Assembly: GCA_934183255.1 (NCBI GenBank)
Contig: CAKPSD010000001.1
Coordinates: 581,728-645,727 of the forward strand
Length of the DNA: 64,000 nucleotides
DNA from: an uncultured Bacilli bacterium
GTDB lineage: Bacteria; Bacillota_I; Bacilli_A; RFN20; DUOF01
Direction of reading: 5' to 3'
Shown: in pieces, positions 62,024 to 64,000 of the stretch
Numbering within the stretch: the stretch's first letter is position 1
Layout: each line of letters starts with the position of its first letter
Notes under the pieces: model-generated
What the model was told of the DNA's origin: nothing
Databases searched by the model: none
What the model saw: only the letters and a program-made list of their open reading frames with translations
Position numbers and translations under genes: made by a program

Positions 62024-62058
62024 AAGGAACCTACCTGCCAAAGGTTCCTTTTTTTATA
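62024..62058 (+). terminator. Rho-independent terminator after ppdK
   Basis: AGGAACC-loop-GGTTCCT followed by T7. Confidence 0.7.
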
Positions 62059-62061
62059 TGA

Positions 62062-64000
62062 TTAAAATAAAAAAGTAGGAACTAGTTTGTTTCTACTTTT
62101 AAGTCTAATTATTTTGTCGAATATTTAAGAAGTTCTGAATACTCTGTTGAGAATGCATTAGGATCAATTTGTACATTTCCCTCTTTTGTTGCTTCTTTAT
62201 ATGCATTATCTGTGATTTCTTCTGTAGTAGCAATATTATCTTTTTCACTATTTTCATTAAGAATATCATCAAAATTGAAATCTAAGTCATCAAAATTAAA
62301 GTCATCATTTGTTGATTCATTACTAGAACTTTTTTCTGAGTTATTACTATTTGTATTTATTGGTCCAATATCATCATCACTCTTTGGTTCTTCTGATCCG
62401 CCATCCGTACCAAATATATCTTCCTTATCAAGTTTTTCCATTAGGTTATCTGATGTATCTCCACCATCTTCATCATCTAAATCCTCATCATCTTTTGCCT
62501 TTCTAGACTCAATTAGTTCCTTTAAATCATATTTATTAATATCATCTATTAAATAATCAACTTCGCTTTTATTTCTAGTTACAATATCATAAAATCCATC
62601 TTTATCAAAAACAAATAAATTTGGATTCCATTTTGTTTCAATAATTTGTTCACCTTTATAATATGCTTTTGATTTCCAGAATTCAGTTTGTTTAACTTTG
62701 GCTGGTTGAGTTCTAAGCAATTTTGCAATTGAAGTTCCAACAGGCAATGTCAATAATTCACTAGGAGTAATTAATGCTCTTGCACTTAATGAGTATGATT
62801 CATTTTGCTTACCTGTTTGAGTATCCATACTTACATTAGTATCTTTAATTGTCTTTTCACCACATATTTTTGAGAAGTATTCAGCTGTTTCGTTATCATT
62901 TGTTGCTAAGAACACTTGTAAGTTACAGTTAGATCTAATAATTTCTGCTACATCTGGGCCATACTTTGCTCTAAGTTGGCTAAGTGCTTGAATGATTAAC
63001 ATGAATGATAATCCTCTTGAACGAGCAACTGTTATCTTATTATCCATACCAGGAATTACAGGCATGTTTGCAAATTCATCTATTATAAAGTTTACAGGAT
63101 GAGGACAAGCTCCTCTAATTCCTTCATCACCACTTGCAAGTTCTACTAAAGCCTTATAAGCTTGAGTAATAAACAAAGATGCAAATATATGTCTATTTTC
63201 CTTTTCATCTGGGATAATTAAGAATACTACCGTTGGTTTTCTTCCTATATCTTTAAAGTTTATATCATTATTACAAGTAATATATTGAATATCAGGGTCT
63301 GCAAATGATGTTAAGTCTGCCATAGCTGTTGCTATAATTGATTCTTGAGTACCACCTGTTGGAGCTCCTAAAGGTCCTTGTGCTATTCTTTTAGCATTTG
63401 ATGATACATCTCTTATTGCAAAGTAAGACTTTAATTGATCCACTCTTAATGATAAAGTTGATGAAACAGTACCTAAATTAAATTTTTCTGCTGTTATTCC
63501 TAAATTAGGAATTTCACTATCTTCCAACATTGCTAATAGTAAACCTTGAACTAAGTTACTAGCCGATGTTGTCCAGAAAGGGTCTTGGGCTTTTCTTTTT
63601 GATTCTGCATAAATTGTTGTAACTAAATCACTAATAGATTCTTGGGCTTTTGCTTTCATTGAACCCTCTCTTCTTTCAGCCTCTGTCATTGCTGATTTTA
63701 GATTAGCAAACGCATATCCATTAAATTCATACCACTGTTCACAAAATGCAGCTTTACTTTCTGCTAATTGAAGTTTCCCTTTATAATCTTCTAATTTATC
63801 ACCATGGAATTTTATTAAATCCTTTTGTCTTAATCCTTCTTGATATTCATCATACGCTATTCTACAAGGATTCCAACAACTTGATCTTTTTAATGGTTCT
63901 CTTAAATTTAATGTTAATACCTCATATCCTCTTTCTTGATATAATCTTGATTGTGAGTTATATAATTCTCCTTTAGGGTCTGTTACTACAATACTAGGTC
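62062..64000 (-). mobile_element. Start of a putative conjugative element (ICE/conjugative transposon): type IV coupling protein gene running off the window
   Basis: See the CDS at 62109-64000. Element boundary inferred to lie between the ppdK terminator (62058) and the coupling-protein stop (62109). Confidence 0.45.
62109..64000 (-). CDS. Type IV secretion/conjugation coupling protein (VirD4/TraG/TcpA family), C-terminal ~630 aa; N-terminus beyond window end
   Basis: The reading frame stays open upstream of the track's Met at 63689, through 64000 (…PSIVVTDPKGELY…AMTEAERR…). Walker B-like FIIDEFANM. Long acidic repetitive C-terminal tail (DDFNFDDLDFNFDD). A terminator hairpin follows at 62062-62102. 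Confidence 0.7.
   Translation of the reverse strand, partial: PSIVVTDPKGELYNSQSRLYQERGYEVLTLNLREPLKRSSCWNPCRIAYDEYQEGLRQKDLIKFHGDKLEDYKGKLQLAESKAAFCEQWYEFNGYAFANLKSAMTEAERREGSMKAKAQESISDLVTTIYAESKRKAQDPFWTTSASNLVQGLLLAMLEDSEIPNLGITAEKFNLGTVSSTLSLRVDQLKSYFAIRDVSSNAKRIAQGPLGAPTGGTQESIIATAMADLTSFADPDIQYITCNNDINFKDIGRKPTVVFLIIPDEKENRHIFASLFITQAYKALVELASGDEGIRGACPHPVNFIIDEFANMPVIPGMDNKITVARSRGLSFMLIIQALSQLRAKYGPDVAEIIRSNCNLQVFLATNDNETAEYFSKICGEKTIKDTNVSMDTQTGKQNESYSLSARALITPSELLTLPVGTSIAKLLRTQPAKVKQTEFWKSKAYYKGEQIIETKWNPNLFVFDKDGFYDIVTRNKSEVDYLIDDINKYDLKELIESRKAKDDEDLDDEDGGDTSDNLMEKLDKEDIFGTDGGSEEPKSDDDIGPINTNSNNSEKSSSNESTNDDFNFDDLDFNFDDILNENSEKDNIATTEEITDNAYKEATKEGNVQIDPNAFSTEYSELLKYSTK

Noticed and set aside
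62212-62556. Ser-rich 114-aa plus-strand ORF inside the coupling-protein gene
   Set aside because: The complement of the Asp/Glu-rich tail codons gives poly-Ser. This is an artefact of antisense translation.
63687-63689. Met at 63689 as start of the coupling-protein gene (526-aa ORF in the track)
   Set aside because: Translating upstream in the same frame shows no stop through 64000. The upstream sequence also contains conserved T4CP sequence (VVTDPKGELY), so the gene is N-terminally truncated by the window, not started here.
1-64000. CRISPR arrays, rRNA genes, IS elements
   Set aside because: No direct-repeat/spacer periodicity, no rRNA-like GC-rich blocks and no transposase-like ORFs were seen anywhere in the window.

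Overview
This is a low-GC (roughly 28-30%) Firmicutes/Mollicutes-like chromosomal segment that uses the standard genetic code. On the minus strand, the core is a complete S10-spc-alpha ribosomal-protein supercluster running from rpsJ to rplQ (about 18510 down to 3974), with secY, adk, map, infA, rpmJ and rpoA embedded, followed by two small membrane-protein genes. Other housekeeping genes include maf, a P-type Ca2+-ATPase, glgC-glgD, a TrxB-like flavoprotein, lgt, uvrA, a long U32 peptidase, an Opp-type ABC transporter operon, tex, dprA-topA, ffh, ylxM, ftsY, rnc, plsX, recG, yloV, yloU, a tRNA-Gly(GCC), an SDR epimerase, whiA, malQ and ppdK. A signal-peptide-bearing pullulanase N-terminus runs off the left edge. 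The most unusual region is a three-gene plus-strand operon (52230-54774) sitting between yloU and the tRNA-Gly. It has a strong sigma-A-type promoter. Its 652-aa first protein begins with an alpha-helical domain carrying an R-x4-H motif, which is HEPN-like; this is inference only. It is followed by two small overlapping ORFs of unknown function. Other notable items are: (a) a membrane-anchored PTS-EIIB(Glc)-like protein that has lost the catalytic Cys; (b) an orphan SMI1/KNR4 (SUKH-1) immunity-like protein; (c) a TrxB-like reductase lacking the NADPH-binding motifs; (d) a Tyr/Pro-rich small protein; (e) a ribosomal cluster that lacks rpmD and has Lys/Ala/Glu-rich N-terminal extensions on several r-proteins; and (f) the start of a conjugative element (a VirD4/TraG-type coupling protein) immediately after the ppdK terminator, running off the right edge. 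No CRISPR array and no rRNA were seen.
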